Assembly (NCBI GenBank): GCA_963829055.1
Contig: CAWHHI010000012.1
Span: forward strand, 64,001 to 128,000
Source of the DNA: an uncultured Gemmatimonadaceae bacterium
Lineage (GTDB): Bacteria > Gemmatimonadota > Gemmatimonadetes > Gemmatimonadales > Gemmatimonadaceae
Direction of reading: 5' to 3'
Length of the DNA stretch: 64,000 bases
Both the position numbers and the translations under genes were made by a program. Positions 45,091-58,410 of this stretch are shown here, one piece after another. The notes beneath the pieces are model-generated. The model did not search any database. It was not told the DNA's origin and saw only the letters and a list, made by a program, of their open reading frames with translations. The first letter of the stretch is position 1. The number at the start of each line of letters is the position of its first letter.

Positions 45091-45566
45091 TCAGTCGAGC
45101 GGACGAACGCGCTCGATGAACTTCGGTTCAGCAGGACAGTACCGCGCGCGGTGTACAGCAGCAGAAATCGCTCACCGACGCGATTGAGATAGTCGAGCAC
45201 ACGCGTGCGCCCGCTGAGCGATTCGAGGTACACGTTGCCCGGTGTGCACTGCTGCCACCGGTGAGCACGACCTCGATCGTGGCCGGTGCGCCGATCTGCC
45301 ATTCATCGGCCGGCATCGGATCGCGGCTTTCGAGCTCACGCACTCGATCCTTCGCGACGAGGAACAGCGTCACCGTCGCTCGTGAGCATCGGGAAAAACG
45401 GCTCGGCGGAGTTCAGAATGTCGGCGGCTTCTTCGCGACCGTACCGGTTTCGCGGACTCGCCTGCACGAACAGCTCACCAGCGATCCGTTCGCCGCCGAC
45501 CGTGACGAGCACGGCCGCAAGTCGGTCTTTCTGAATGCGGTAGTCGTTGTTGTTCATCGTCCCCAT
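45091..45566 (-). CDS. Hypothetical protein with two similar small beta-rich halves (frameshifted)
   Basis: ..GERIAGELFV..DILNSAEPFFPM.. and ..GNVYL..RVLDYLNRVGERFLLL..; immediately upstream of pilT. Confidence 0.6.
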
Positions 45567-45709
45567 TGGCCGCCGTGCTCCATCGGCTAACGGATGAGGA
45601 CGCGCCACGGCCAAGTCTGGTCACCCGCGGTGGCTTACGCGTGTCACGCCGGCGAAGCGTCGGAGAGCGTCACAGCCATCAGCTGCTCAGCTCGCGCGTG
45701 CTCGACGCC

Positions 45710-46694
45710 TCAGCTCGTGCAGGTGTGACGCTCGCGCTCGTACATCTCGCTGCGCTCGAGCTGCACGGTGACGTGATCGATGCCGAAGAGCCGCATGGCA
45801 TCGTGCACGTGCTCGAGCACGTGCTGATGTCGATCGGCTCGCGAACGATCGCGTGCGCGCTCATCGCGACGAGTCCGGACGTGACGGTCCACACGTGCAG
45901 GTCGTGCACGGACTCGATACCCGGGAATCGCCTCGAGTTGCGTGCGAACGGAGCCGAGCGAGATGTGCGACGGCGTCGACTCGAGCAGGACATCGACCGA
46001 CTCACGAACGATTCGCCACGCGCCTCGAAGGATCAGCAGCGCCATGATGAGCGATGCGATCGGGTCCGCGGCGACCCACCCGGTCCATCGGACGATCACC
46101 GCGGCCGCCACTGTCCCGACCGAGCCAAGGAGATCGCTCAAGCACGTGCAGGTACGCCGCACGCACGTTGAGACTCGACTCGCCGGACGAGTGGAGCATG
46201 CGCGCGGCGATGACGTTGACGATCAGTCCGGCGATGGCCACGACGAGCATGAGGCCACTCTGCAGCGGCTCGGGCGCGCGCAGCCGCAGCGATGGCTTCC
46301 CAGACGATCCAGGCGGAGATGAGCAGGAGCGTCGCCCCGTTGAGGAATGCGGCGAGGACTTCCCACCGCAGGTAGCCGTAGGTCTTCTGCGGTGACGCCG
46401 GCTGCCGACTGAACCACGCGACGAACAGCGAGAGGCCAGTGCGGCGACGTCGGTGAGCATGTGACCGGCGTCGGCGAGCAGCGCGAGCGAGTTCGCGAGC
46501 CAGACCACCGACGACTTCGACGACGAGAAACACCGCCGTGACCGCCAGCGCGGCACGCAGCCGTCGCATCGGCGTGGCGTGATCGACCTCGCGTGAGGCG
46601 TCGCCGACGCGGCTCCGTGCGAGTGACCGTGCATGGCTGTGCCCGTGATGGTGCCGTGATGCTCGCCCGGCCCGTGCACGTGCAAATGACTCAT
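45710..46694 (-). CDS. Cation diffusion facilitator (CzcD/ZitB-like) with His-rich N-terminus (frameshifted)
   Basis: NSLALLADAGHMLTDV, TYGYLRWEVLAAFLN, AAYLHV..DLLGSVG, VHDLHVW, HVTVQLE. Confidence 0.9.
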
Positions 46695-46747
46695 TGCGCG
46701 CTGCGAGCTGCTGGCGGTCGGGTCGCGGCGCGCGGTATCTTGCCCTG

Positions 46748-48060
46748 GTGATCGGTCGGCTCCTCGCCATCGTCGTGCTCCTGCTGTTCAACGGGTTCTT
46801 CGTGGCCGCCGAGTTTGCGCTCGTGCGGTCGCGACGCACCCGACTCGACGCAATGGCGCGCGAGCGGCGACGCCAAGGCGCGCCTCGCGCTTCGCGCCAC
46901 CGGCAACCTCCCGCGTCTGCTCTCCGCGAGCCAGCTCGGCATCACGCTCGCGAGTCTCGCGCTCGGGTGGGTCGCCGAAAGCACGCTTGGCGAGGCGCTT
47001 GCGCAGCTGGTTCGGCTCACTGCCGTTCGCCATCGAACAATCGCTGCGCGTGAGCTTCGGCGCCATAGTCGCGCTGGCAAGCGTGACGTACCTGCACGTC
47101 GTGTTCGGCGAGCTCGCGCCGCGCGCCGTCGCGCTGAACCATCCCGAGCAGTTCGCGCGCTGGCTCGCGCCGCCGCTGATGGTGTTCGCGTGGCTCGTCG
47201 ACGCCGTTCATCGCCGTGCTGAATCGCTCGTCGCAGGCCGTGCTCAAGGTGTTCGGGCAGCGCGGCGACGTGCTCGAGGAGCCCGTGCACTCTCCCGACG
47301 AACTGCGACTGATCGTGGAGCAGAGCCAGGAAGGCGGCGCGATCCCGGCGCAGGACGCGGATCTCATCGAGGGCGTGTTCGAGTTCTCGGAGAAGAATGC
47401 GCGCGAAGTGATGACGCCGCGCACGGAAGTGGTCGCGATGCCGATCGACGCGACGCTCGACGAGGCGCTGGCCATCGTCGAGGAGAACGCATTCTCGCGC
47501 TATCCAGCGTACGACGACTCGATCGACAACATCGTCGGTCTCGTGCTCGCGAAGGATCTGCTGCGCGTGCTGCGCAGTCCGCCGGCGGGATTCACGGTCG
47601 AGTCGATCATGCGCGACGTGCACGTCGTGCCCGGCTCGCGCGAGGTCGAGGAGGTGCTGGCGGACTTCAAGCGACTCAAGGAGCACATGGCCGTCGTGCT
47701 CGACGAGTACGGTGGCACCGCGGGCATCGTGACGATGGAGGACCTGCTCGAGGAGATCGTCGGCGAGATTCTCGACGAGTACGACGAGCCGACACCGCCC
47801 GAGGCGTCGACAGACGGCTGGCGAGACGTTGGTGCCCGGGTCGCTGCACATCGGCGAGCTCAACGAGCGGTTCGGGCTGACGGTGCCGCAGGACGACTAC
47901 ACGACGATCGGCGGGTTCGTGTTCGGCTCGTTAGGCCGGCTGCCCGTCGTCGGCGATCGCGTCGCCGCGGGCGGCGCGGTGTTCACCGTGCGGCAGATGG
48001 ATGGCCGGCGGATCGAGAGCGTCGCCGTCGACGTACACCGAGCTCAGCAGCGACTGGCCG
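46748..48060 (+). CDS. Hemolysin-family HlyC/CorC transporter (DUF21-CBS-CBS-CorC; frameshifted)
   Basis: [60 protein letters not shown]. Confidence 0.9.
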
Positions 48061-49003
48061 AGGCGCGCTCACGCGAGCGAAGCGCGATCATCGCGCAGAC
48101 GCGCACCGACTCCTTCATGCTCGACGCGTCGGCGATGCCACGACCCGCAATGTCGATCGCCGTGCCGTGATCGGGCGACGTCCGCGGGAATGGAAGGCCG
48201 AGCGTGACGTTCACGGCGCGCCCGAACGCGGCGACCTTGATGGCCGTCATGCCCGACGTCGTGATACGGCGCGATCACGGCGTCGAACTCACCGCGGAGC
48301 GCGCGCACGAATACCGTGTCCGCGGGAAACGGCCCGGCGATGCCCGCCGCGACGCGCGGCCGGCGCGCAGGATCGTGTCGTCCTCGGTGCCGAAGCGGCC
48401 GCCATCGCCGGCATGCGGGTTGAGCGCGCATAACGCGATCCGCGGAGACTCGACGCCGAACCAGTCGACGAGTCCGTCGCGCGTCACGTCGAACAGCAGC
48501 GCGCGATGGCCTCCGCGGTCACGGCGTCCGGGACGTCGCGCAGCGGCAATGTGCGTCGTCGCGAGCACGACACGCAGCGGGATGCGTGCGCCCATCGTCG
48601 CTCGCACTCGATGCGAGCATCATCGCGACCGTGCGCCCGTCAGCGCGGCGAGCATTTCCGTGTGGCCCGGGATAGTCGTAACCGCCGGCGAGGAGCGCGG
48701 CCTTGTCGATCGGCGCGGTGACGATGCCATCGACGTCGCCCGACTGCGCCAGCGTCGACCGCGCGCTCGATGGCGCGGCCGGCAAGACGTCCGGCAGCGG
48801 CGGCGCGGTGCAGTGCGGTCGCCGCTCGCGGTCCACTCACCGACTGGATCGATCGACCGTTGACGCCGGTGCCCGACGGCCCGACGAGCACGAGCTCAGC
48901 GATCGCGCGACATGCCGGCGTCCGACTGAACGGCGGCGACGATCTCCGGACCAATGCCGCGCGGGTCGCCTAACGTGACAGCGAGACGGATCCGGTTCGT
49001 CAC
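48044..49003 (-). CDS. pdxA: 4-hydroxythreonine-4-phosphate dehydrogenase (frameshifted)
   Basis: [56 protein letters not shown]. Confidence 0.93.
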
Positions 49004-49032
49004 GTGGCGACCGCCGCGCAGCCGGATCCGCG

Positions 49033-50415
49033 TCAGATGCGAACCGAGACGTACAGATCCTTGCGCATCTGATCGATCACGCGACGCATGCCTCGCTCCT
49101 GCGCGAGCTGATCGCGAATCTGGTTCTTGAAGTCGGAGAGCGTGTAGTCGCCGCCGTCGTCGGCCTTCACGATCTGGGCGACGACGTACTTCTTCGCGGC
49201 GCGCGCCGGGTCGTCGATAGCGAACGGCGGAACGAACGCGCCCGTGCCCTTGCCCTCGAACGCGGTGCGGTACGACTCGGGAAGCTGCGTGCGGTCGAAC
49301 GGCTGGAGGCTGCCCTTCTCTTCCTGGCCCGCGTTATCGTGATACTTGGCGGCGAGCGAGTCGAAGTTCGCGCCCGCCTGCCACAGCGCCGACACGCTAT
49401 CCGCGCGCAGCCTTCGCCGCAGCGATGTCGGCGGAGTCGATGTGCGGACGGATCAGAATGTGGCGCGCCTTCACTTCGCCTGGCTGCACGCGATCGACGC
49501 GAATGATGTGGAAGCCGAACGTGGTTTCGATCACGGGGCTCATCTGCCCCGGCGCGAGCGCGAACATCCAGCGTTCGAACTCAGGCACCATCTGCCCTCG
49601 GCGATTCCAGCCGAGGTCACCGCCAAGCTCCTTCGACGACGGGTCCATCGACTCGCGCTTGGCGATCTGCTCGAAGTCACCGCCCTTGCGCACTTCGACC
49701 AGCAGCGACTCGGCTTTCGCCCTGGCAGCGGCCTTCGCCTTATCGGACGGACGTGCCGGGACGACGATCTGACGGAACGTGACGGTCGCCGGACGCTTCG
49801 GAAGGTTCGTCTTGGACTTCTCGAACGCTTCGTTCACGTCCTGCTCGCTCACCGGGACGGGGACGATCTTGCCGTTCTGGCGCATCTTGGCGAACAGCTT
49901 TTCCTGCAGCGCGCTGCGCCGCGAGCGCTCGTTCATCCAGCGCTTGTATTCTTCCGGCGTTCCGAAACCGCCGCTCTTGAGCGCCTGCGCGAACTCCGCG
50001 TCGGTCTTGAACTGACCACGCACGCGCTTCACCTGCGCGTCGGCCGCGTTCTGCACATCGAGATCCGAGACGTGGACGGACGTGTCGCGCAGCGCGTGCT
50101 GCACGATCACTTCCTCGTCGATCATCTCCTGAATGACGTCGCGGGCCATCTCCATCTGTTCGGTGGAGTCGGTGGGCAACTTGAGCCCACGCGCGCGACG
50201 CTCGTTGATCTCCTCCATGACTTCGGTCCAGCAGGATCGGGCGGTCGCCGACGACGCTGCGATATCCGTCGACCTGAAGCCCCGCGGTATCCGTGGGGAG
50301 CGTCGGGCGCGTAGGGGCGCCAGCAGGTACAGGCGGCGTGTTCTGCGCAAATGCAGCAGGCGCGGCGAGCAACAGTCGCGACCGCAGCGAGTCGAAGCGT
50401 TTTCAGAGTCGTCAT
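49033..50415 (-). CDS. SurA-like parvulin peptidyl-prolyl isomerase (frameshifted)
   Basis: Signal peptide; GGDLGW..MVPEFE, FGFHII, ARHILIRP; upstream of pdxA as in the common surA-pdxA order. Confidence 0.85.
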
Positions 50416-50502
50416 GGCGGATTCTACCCGGCTACGGCGGCGCTGGTCCGCCGCGGCCTCAAAGCGATGAGCGGGCGGGATATCCGCCCGCTCATCTGGA
50501 GC

Positions 50503-51986
50503 CTACGGTTTCTTGGTCGAATCAGGCGCCGGCGTCGGCGCTGCTGGCGCAGGCGTCGGTGCACCGGGCTGGCCGCCGGCAGCGGAACAGCCGACGGCGG
50601 CTGCTGCGCGGCTCGCGTCGAGTCGGCCACTGTGCGCAGACGCTGCGCGCGCTCGAGCGCGCGATCGATGCCCGCCGCGTTCACCTTGTAGTCGTACTTG
50701 CGTGTGCAGCGCGGCTTCGAGCGTCGGCTGCACCGGAACGAACTGCTCGTCCTTCGTGAGCAGACGATCCATGTAGTTGTCGACGCGCGCGGCGGCGAGC
50801 CGCTCGCGCTCGGCAACGGTCTTCGCGCTGTCGGCGAGTCGGTTCGGCGAGATGTTGAGTCCGGACCAGGTGTTCGCGACCATGCCGACGAACGCGCGAC
50901 GAATCTCGTTCGTCTCCGACGTGTCGAGCGTGATCTTCGCGCTGTCCGCCTGATGCAGGAACAGCTCGTTCCGGACGATCGCCTTCACGAACTCCGGCAG
51001 CAGCGGAGTCCGGCGCCTGCTGGATCTGCTGGCGAAGCTGCTGGGGGTTCGGGGAACGCCGTGATCCACTGCGCCGACCGCGCCGCGGTGAGGTCGCCCA
51101 GCGTCGACGTGGCGATGACCGTCTTGTCGTCCTTGTGCGCGTCCGGCGCGGAGGCGATCGCCTTCACGACGGCGGGCGCGTTAGGCTTGACCTGCACCTT
51201 CGCCTTCTCGGTCGAGCTTGGCGACGTACGTGCTCTCGCCGGTGCGCTGCGCGCCCTGGTTGTTCGCGGCCGCGAACTGATCCTTCACCTCGTCGTAGGT
51301 CGAGCGACGAATGATGTGGTAGCCGAACTGCGACCGGACGGGCTGCGAGATCTCGCCGGGCTTGAGCGCCGCGAGCGCGTTCGCCGAACTCCGGGACCAT
51401 CTGCTCCTTCGGGAACACGCCGAGATCGCCACCGGGGCCAGCGGCGCTCGGGCTGGTTGTACTTCGTCGCCATGTCGGCGAAGTTCGCCGACGTCAGCTG
51501 CGCGCGAACCGACTGCGCCTTCTTGAGGGCCGAGTCCGCGGCAGGGCTGTTGCCCGCGGGTGCGTTGAACAGAATGTGTCGAGCCGCGAGCAACTTGCCG
51601 CTCGCATACGCCGCCGCATTGCCAGCCGTGTCCGTCGATGCCCAGGTCTTGGCGCGATCACGTCGTACAACTTCTTGATGCGCGTGTTCGTGGTCGCGGG
51701 CCACATCGCCTCGTCGATCAGCTCCGGCTGATTGAGCGAGTCGTTATGCGCGGCGGCGCGGGCGAGGAGCTGATAGTTCACCCACATGTCCGCGACCGTC
51801 TGCGACGACGTCGCGACGAAGCGGGATCTTCGACGCGCCGAGCAGCTCGGCGAGTCGGGTGACGGAGAGCTCCTGTGAGCCGGCGCGCGCGGCGACGTCG
51901 ACGTGCGCAGTCATCGCCTCCTTGAAACCGTCGCACGCGACGAGTGGAGCGCAAACGGCGAGGGCGAGGACGAGAGGACGTTTCAT
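50503..51986 (-). CDS. Parvulin-type PPIase lipoprotein (PrsA/PpiD-like; frameshifted)
   Basis: Lipobox LVAC; ARHILF, FADMATKY, QMVPEF, VRSQFGYHIIRR. Confidence 0.8.
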
Positions 51987-52109
51987 CGGGAAAGGAATTG
52001 GAGTTAGCCCGTCAGCATGACGCGAGGAGCCGTCGGTGACCCGAGAACGGCACAGCGCGAAACGCCAATGGGCGGGCGGTGACTGTTACACGTCGACTGT
52101 CGCGAACGT

Positions 52110-55100
52110 TCACGCGACGGCCAAACCTCTGAGAGCACGGACGAGCCCGTCGAGGATGGCTGAACCGCCGACACGTGTCAGTTTGAGCGAAAGCGGGTGC
52201 GTGCGACGCACCTCGGCCTGGAACTGCACCTCGTGGAACGCGGCCGACAGCCCCTTCATCCGGGGAACAGCGGTGTCGCGAAAAGTAACACGGGCCTCGT
52301 CGCCGCGCACCAAGAGACCGTCGATCCCCAGCGCCCCGCCGACGACCCGCAGGGTGGCGGTGGCGAAGAACGCTTCGGCGGGCGGAGGAAGCGGCCCGAA
52401 ACGGTCGCGGACCTCGGCGCGGAGCTCCTCAATGGACTCCGGCGCGTCCAAGCGCGCTCAGCCGACGATAGACGTCGAGCTTGGCGTCCTGCGACGGGAT
52501 GAAATCGTCCGGCAGATAGGCCGGGAGGTCGAGCGACACGTCGGACGGCACGAGCTTCGGCCGGCCGCCGCCGTCCATGACGCGCCGCACCGTCTCCTCG
52601 AGCATGCGGAGGTACATGTCGAACCCAACCGCGTGCACGAAGCCCGACTGTTCCGGGCCCGAGCAGGTTGCCGGCCCCGCGGAGCTCGAGGTCCTTGAGC
52701 GCCACGCGGTAGCCGGAGCCGAGCTCGGTGTGGTGCTCGAGCACCTGCAGCCGGCGCTCGGCGTCGGCATCGATGGCGTCGGGAACCATCAGATAGCAGT
52801 ACGCACGGCGGTGCGACCGGCCGACGCGACCGCGCAGCTGGTACAGCTGCGCCAGACCGAACGTGTCGGCGCGGTTCACGAACATCGTGTTCGCGTTCGG
52901 CACGTCGAGGCCGGACTCGACGATCATCGTCGAGACGAGCACGTCGACGTCGCCGGCGACGAAGCGGTGCATGACGTCCTCGAGATCGCGCTCGCGCATC
53001 TGCCCGTGGCCCACGGCAACGCGGGCGCGCGGAACGATGCGGCGAATGCGGTCCGAGATCGCCTCGATGGTCTCGATGCGGTTGTGCACGAAGAACACCT
53101 GGCCGCCGCGATCGAGCTCGCGCGCGATGCCTTCCTCGATCAGCGCCTCGTCCCACGGCTCGACGAACGTGAGCACCGGCGAGCGGTCGCGCGGCGCGGT
53201 CTGCATGAGCGTCATGTCGCGCAGGCCGGCGAGCGACAGATGCAGCGTGCGCGGAATCGGGGTCGCGGTGAGCGTCAGCACGTCGGTCTCGAGCCGCAAG
53301 TTGCTTGAGCCGCTCCTTGTGCTTCACGCCGAAGCGATGCTCCTCGTCGATGACGATGAGGCCGAGGTTCGCGAACCTAACGTCGGGACTCAGCAGACGG
53401 TGGGTGCCGATGATGATGTCCACCTTCTTCGCGGCGAGCTCCGCCAGCGTGTCCGTCTGCTCCTTGGCCGACTGGAACCGGCTCAACGCGGCGACGCGAA
53501 TCGGGAAGTCGGCGAAGCGCTCGCTGAACGTCCGCTGATGCTGATCGGCGAGAATCGTCGTCGGGCACGAGAACGGCGACCTGGCGATCGGACTGCACGG
53601 CCTTGAATGCAGCGCGCACCGCGATCTCGGTCTTCCCATAGCCGACGTCGCCGACGAGCAGGCGATCCATGGGACGCGGCTTCTCCATGTCCCCTTGACG
53701 TCGACCGTGGCCTTCCGCTGATCGGGCGTGTCCTCGAAGAGGAACGAGGACTCGAGCTGGCGTTGCCACGCGCGTATCCGGAAAGTGCGGCGGGCGCGAT
53801 GCGACCTGTCGGCGCGCGTAGAGGTCGAGCAGCTCGACGGTCATCTCCTGAATGGCCGCGCGCGTGCGGTCGCGCTGCTGCGCCCAGCGTTTGCCGCCGA
53901 GCTTGTGCAGGCGCGGCGGCGCGGCGTCGCCGTCCGCATCGCCGGCGGCGCGGTAGCGCTCGATCTGGTCAATGCGGTACAGCGGCACGTTGAGCCGATC
54001 GCCGCCTTCGTACTCGATCACGGCGACTTCGACGGTGCTCTCGCCGACGAAGATCGTCTGCAGCCCGCGGTAGATCCCAACGCCGTGCTCGAGGTGGACG
54101 ACGAAGTCACCCGACTTGAGCGCGGTGATCGCCTCGAGGGTCGCACCGGTTGTGTAGCGCCGCGCGCGCCGAAGGCGTCGCTCTCGTCGGAAGATCTCGT
54201 GGTCGGTGAGGACACGAAGCCCCGATTGTCGGGAATCGGGAATCGGGAATCGGGAATCGACCTCGGCGACGGGTGGAATTACGAAACCGCCGTCCAGCAC
54301 GCCAATGACCAGTGCGGCTGGCGACGGAGCGAACGTGTCCTCGTTCAGCAGCTCATCGAGACGCTCGGCCTGACCTTCGTTGTCGCAGAGGATGATCGTC
54401 GGCATCCCGTCGCGGACGATGCGACGCAGCCGCTTGATGTCGCGATCGATCGCGTCCGGGTGACGAATCGGGAAGACCACGTCGGCGCCGGTGCCTGCGC
54501 CCGGCACAAGCGCGATCGTGCCGAATTCCGTGAGCGACCGCGAGCACGTCCGCCGGCGGCTGAAACAGCTCGTCGCGACGCGGCACGTCTTCGCCGCGTC
54601 GGCGCGCGAGGTCGAGGTGGTGCTGCGCCTCATCCCACGTGCGCTGAAGCTCTGGCTCGAGGTGCGCGTCGCCCGGAACGACGACGATCGTCTCCGGCGG
54701 CCACAGCGACGAAACGGAGACGCGCTCGAACTCTGCTTCCTCGTCGTCAGGAACGCCGCCGTCGACCGGGAGGATGATCGCGACGTCGGCTGCGCGGGTG
54801 GAGCGCTGGCTGTGCAGGTCGAAGTGGCGAAGCTCGACGATCTCGTCGCCCCAGAACTCGAGGCGCACCGGGTCGGCCATGCCGAAGCCGTAGATGTCGA
54901 AGATGCCGCCGCGCACCGAGAACTGCGCGACATCGTCGACCATCGGCACGCGCTCGAAGCCAACACGCTCGAGATGCTGCGGCGATCTCCTCGGGTCGCC
55001 TAACGTCGCCCTTGCGGATCTCGAGCCGCGCCCCGCGCAAGCGTCGTCGGCAGCCGCGTGCGCTCGAGCAGCGCGCGGGCCGTCGTGAGCAGGATGCGGA

Positions 55101-55448
55101 CGTTTCCGCGCGAGACACGCTCCAGCGTCTCCACTCGCTCGCCGGCGATCTCGGCGTGGGGCTCGACCTCACCGAATCCTTCACGCGGCGGATACAGCGC
55201 AACAGGCGTCTCGTCGAGAATCGCCTGCAGGTCGGCGAGCCAGCGTTCTGCCTGCGGAACGCCTTCGGTCGACGACGACGAAGAACCGCGTCGGCAGACG
55301 ACGCACGAGCGCGGCCAGCACGACGGCATCGCTCGAGCCCGGCGAGCCCACCAATCGTCAGACGGCGACCGGGCTCGGGGACTGTGTTGAGAACTCGCGC
55401 GAACGCCGGCAGCGCCGCGACCGCATCGATCAGCGTCGGAAGAGCCAC
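52110..55448 (-). CDS. mfd: Transcription-repair coupling factor (frameshifted)
   Basis: [65 protein letters not shown]. Confidence 0.96.
54231..54258 (+). repeat. Heptamer tandem repeat (GGGAATC)x4 inside mfd
   Basis: Four perfect units, translated in mfd as [10 protein letters not shown]. Confidence 0.88.
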
Positions 55449-57316
55449 TACGCTGCCGCCTTGACCGCCGCTCGACTCGAGCGGTCGCCGCTGCCGCGCG
55501 CGATGATCGCCTCGGCGACGAGCACGAGCGCGGCGAGAATCAACAACGGAGTGGAGAGAGGTCGGCGCGCCGACCCGGTGTACGCGTCGTCGCGCCCAGC
55601 GCTCGCCGTCAGCGGTGACGCTCACGTCGCGACCATCGAAGCGCGCGCGGAACGTCGCCGCGGGCAGACGTGCGAGCGTTGACTCGTCGGGCTCGCTGTT
55701 CACGACGACGGCGCCAGCCTTCGCTCCAGCGCGTCGCAGGAAGTACACGCCCGCGCGGTCGGGCGCGATGATCTCGCCGCTCGCGATGGGCACCGCCTGA
55801 CCGGACGCGTCGTCGATGGTCTGCACGCCTGCCGGCGCACGAAGGCGTGCGCCTGGAGACGGCGAGCAGCAGTACGCCGGCATCACCCGCGAGCCGCTGC
55901 GATGCTGCCTCGGCGAGCCACGGAAGAAAGCCGGCGCGCACTGGAAGGTCCGTTGCCGCCGGATCGAGAGGCGATGCGATAATGACATACCGATCACCGC
56001 CGACAGCCCATGGCTCGGTGCCGACGCGCGCCAGCGTGTCCGCGGCGGCGTCGCCAATTGCGCGTCAGCGGATAGCGCATGGTGACGGTCGACGCCATCG
56101 AGCAGCTTCGACGTGACGCTCGCAGGCTCGCGGACAGTACCCGTCTCGCGCTTTGCCGCCCCGAATCGCCACGGCACATTCAATCGCTCGAGCGCGCGGT
56201 TCGCGGCGCCGACGCGCACCGGATCCGCTGGCGCGACGATCAGCGCGGGGAGCCGAGTCAGCGCGTCGGCGGGAGCAATCGCCGCGTCGGCGCCGAGTCG
56301 CAGACGATCGCTCTGTACGAGCGCGTCGACGGCCGTCCGAACGAACGGTCCGACGGTCGGCATCGACGGATACCGCCGGCGCCGCGCCGATCCACGCCGC
56401 GAAGTATCGCACGTCGTCGCCGCGAAGCTCGTCCGGCTCGAGCTCGACCGAGCCCGCGACCCACCCGCGCTCGGGCGGCGCAGCCCTAACGAGGATCTCC
56501 CCGTCCGCAACGGCGGTGCCACGCGCGAGCGTGCGAGCGGCGGTGCCGGTACCTCCGATGCCGATCCGATACGTCGCGGAGTCCGCGCCTAACGTGCGCG
56601 CCACCACACTGCCGCGCGGCGTCCAACGCGTCGGACGAGCCTCGGCCACGATGACCGCGTGGTTCGCTGGCAGTGCACCGGTCGGCACGAGTGCGCTGAC
56701 ACCAACGTCCACGACTGGCGGTCGCGCGACGCCACGAGGTCGCCTGACCGTCGGTCGCGACGGCGACATGACGCGCGGGCAGCCCTGCCCCGCGCACGAG
56801 ACCGACGGCGCGGGTCAGCGCCGCGGGGAGATCGCCGGCGCCGGCAATGGGCTCCAGTCGCTGAATGGCATCGGCGACAGCGGAGCTCGAACCGCCGACG
56901 ACGCGTCCATCGGCAGTGACGAGCCATACGCGATCAGACGGTGTTGCCTGACGCGCGGCGAGCAGCGCCGCGGCGCGGAGCCGCCGGAACAGCGGTGCAC
57001 CGTCGATGATCGTGGATGTGCTGAGCGAGTTGTCCAGCACGATCGCCAATGCCGTCGGCGCGTGACCCGACCCAATGAGTCGGCCAACCGGTCGCGCGGC
57101 GGCCAGCGCGATGAGCAGCACGGCGAGAATGCGCAGCAACATCAGCAGCCAGTTCTTCAGCTTGAGCTTTCGGCTGTTTTCTCTTTCGGCGCGCAGGATG
57201 TATCGGGCCGCCGGAAATTCCACGCGGAGCGAGATGCGGCGCCGCAGCAGGTGGAGCAGCAGCGGAACGGCGGCCGCGCCAGCGAGCAGCAGGTAGAGTG
57301 GCTCGAGAAAGCTCAC
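55448..57316 (-). CDS. BatA N-terminal-domain / VWA membrane protein (frameshifted)
   Basis: MSFLEPLYLLL..PLLLHLL, LLMLLR..ALAAARP, VLDNSLS, TDGQ, C-terminal VN..PDES and TM. Confidence 0.8.
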
Positions 57317-58226
57317 GGCAACCGTTGGCGAGCGGCGAACGCCTTGCGGAGCGGCACGCCGAATGGAACGTCAGTCGTGAACACCTCGTACCCCGCGCCG
57401 GTCGACTGCAGCGACTCGCGCCACTCGCCGATCGCTTCTTCGACGGTCTCGCGATACGCGGATCGCACGTCGGCGACGGTCGCGCTGACCTCGAGGCCGG
57501 ACTCCGGATCGGCGAAGACCGCTTCGCCGCCCAGGGTAAGGTCGCGCTCCGCCGGGTCCATGATGTGGAGGACGGTGACATCATGGCCGACAGCGCGCAG
57601 CAAGCGGATAGCCTCCGCGACTCCGGCGGTGTCGACGAGCAGGTCGGATATGAGAACGACCATACCTGGCCGACGAATCAGGCGCGCCGCCTGAAGGAGC
57701 GCCGCGGACGCGATTGGACGCGAGCCCGGCCCCGTCTTCTTCGAGCGCGTGCAGGATGCGACGCCACTGCGCGGTTCTGGCCTTGGGCGGAATCACCGTG
57801 CGCAGACTGTCGTCGTAGCGGATGAACCCGACCGCGTCACGCTGCCGGATCAGCAGGAGCGACAGCGCGGCGACCAGCTGCTCGGCGTACGCGCTGCTTC
57901 GTCAGACGCGTGGGATCGCTCGACCACGCCATGGAGCGGCTGACGTCGAGGATGATCGTCGCCCGGAGATTCGTCTCCTCCTCGAACTGCTTGACGACCC
58001 ATTTGTTCGACCGTGCCGCGATCTTCCAGTCGATGTAGCGGAGGTCGTCGCCCGGCTGATAGGCGCGATACTCCGCGAACTCCACCGAGAACCCCTTACG
58101 GGGGGACCGGTGAAGGCCGGTGAGGAAGCCGTCGACCACCCACCGCGCGATGATCTCGACGTGGCCGAGCGATGCGAGACTTGCGGGGTCGAACAGATCG
58201 GCGCGGACGGCGCGGGAGCTTTCCAT
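57313..58226 (-). CDS. DUF58-domain protein (frameshifted)
   Basis: GLHRSPRKGFSVEFAEYRAYQPGDDLRYIDWK, VKQFEEE, LDVSRSM, LISDL. Confidence 0.92.
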
Positions 58227-58410
58227 CGAGCGGGGGAAGATAATTGGCGCGACCGCCACTGGGAGAATGGGGCCGCATGAATCGTGACCAGTCGCTCAGG
58301 GCCAGGCAGGCCAGTTCACCGGCCCGGGGTTGTGCCTCATCAGCGGTTGGTCGAGGACGTGTGGGTGGCTATCTTAGGAGGCTTCGCCGTACATCCTCGC
58401 CGGAATCTCC

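Noticed and set aside
51987..52109. Possible riboswitch or ncRNA upstream of the PPIase genes (also considered 14300-14720 and 58230-58410)
   Set aside because: No recognisable conserved riboswitch motif; an Rfam search would be needed.
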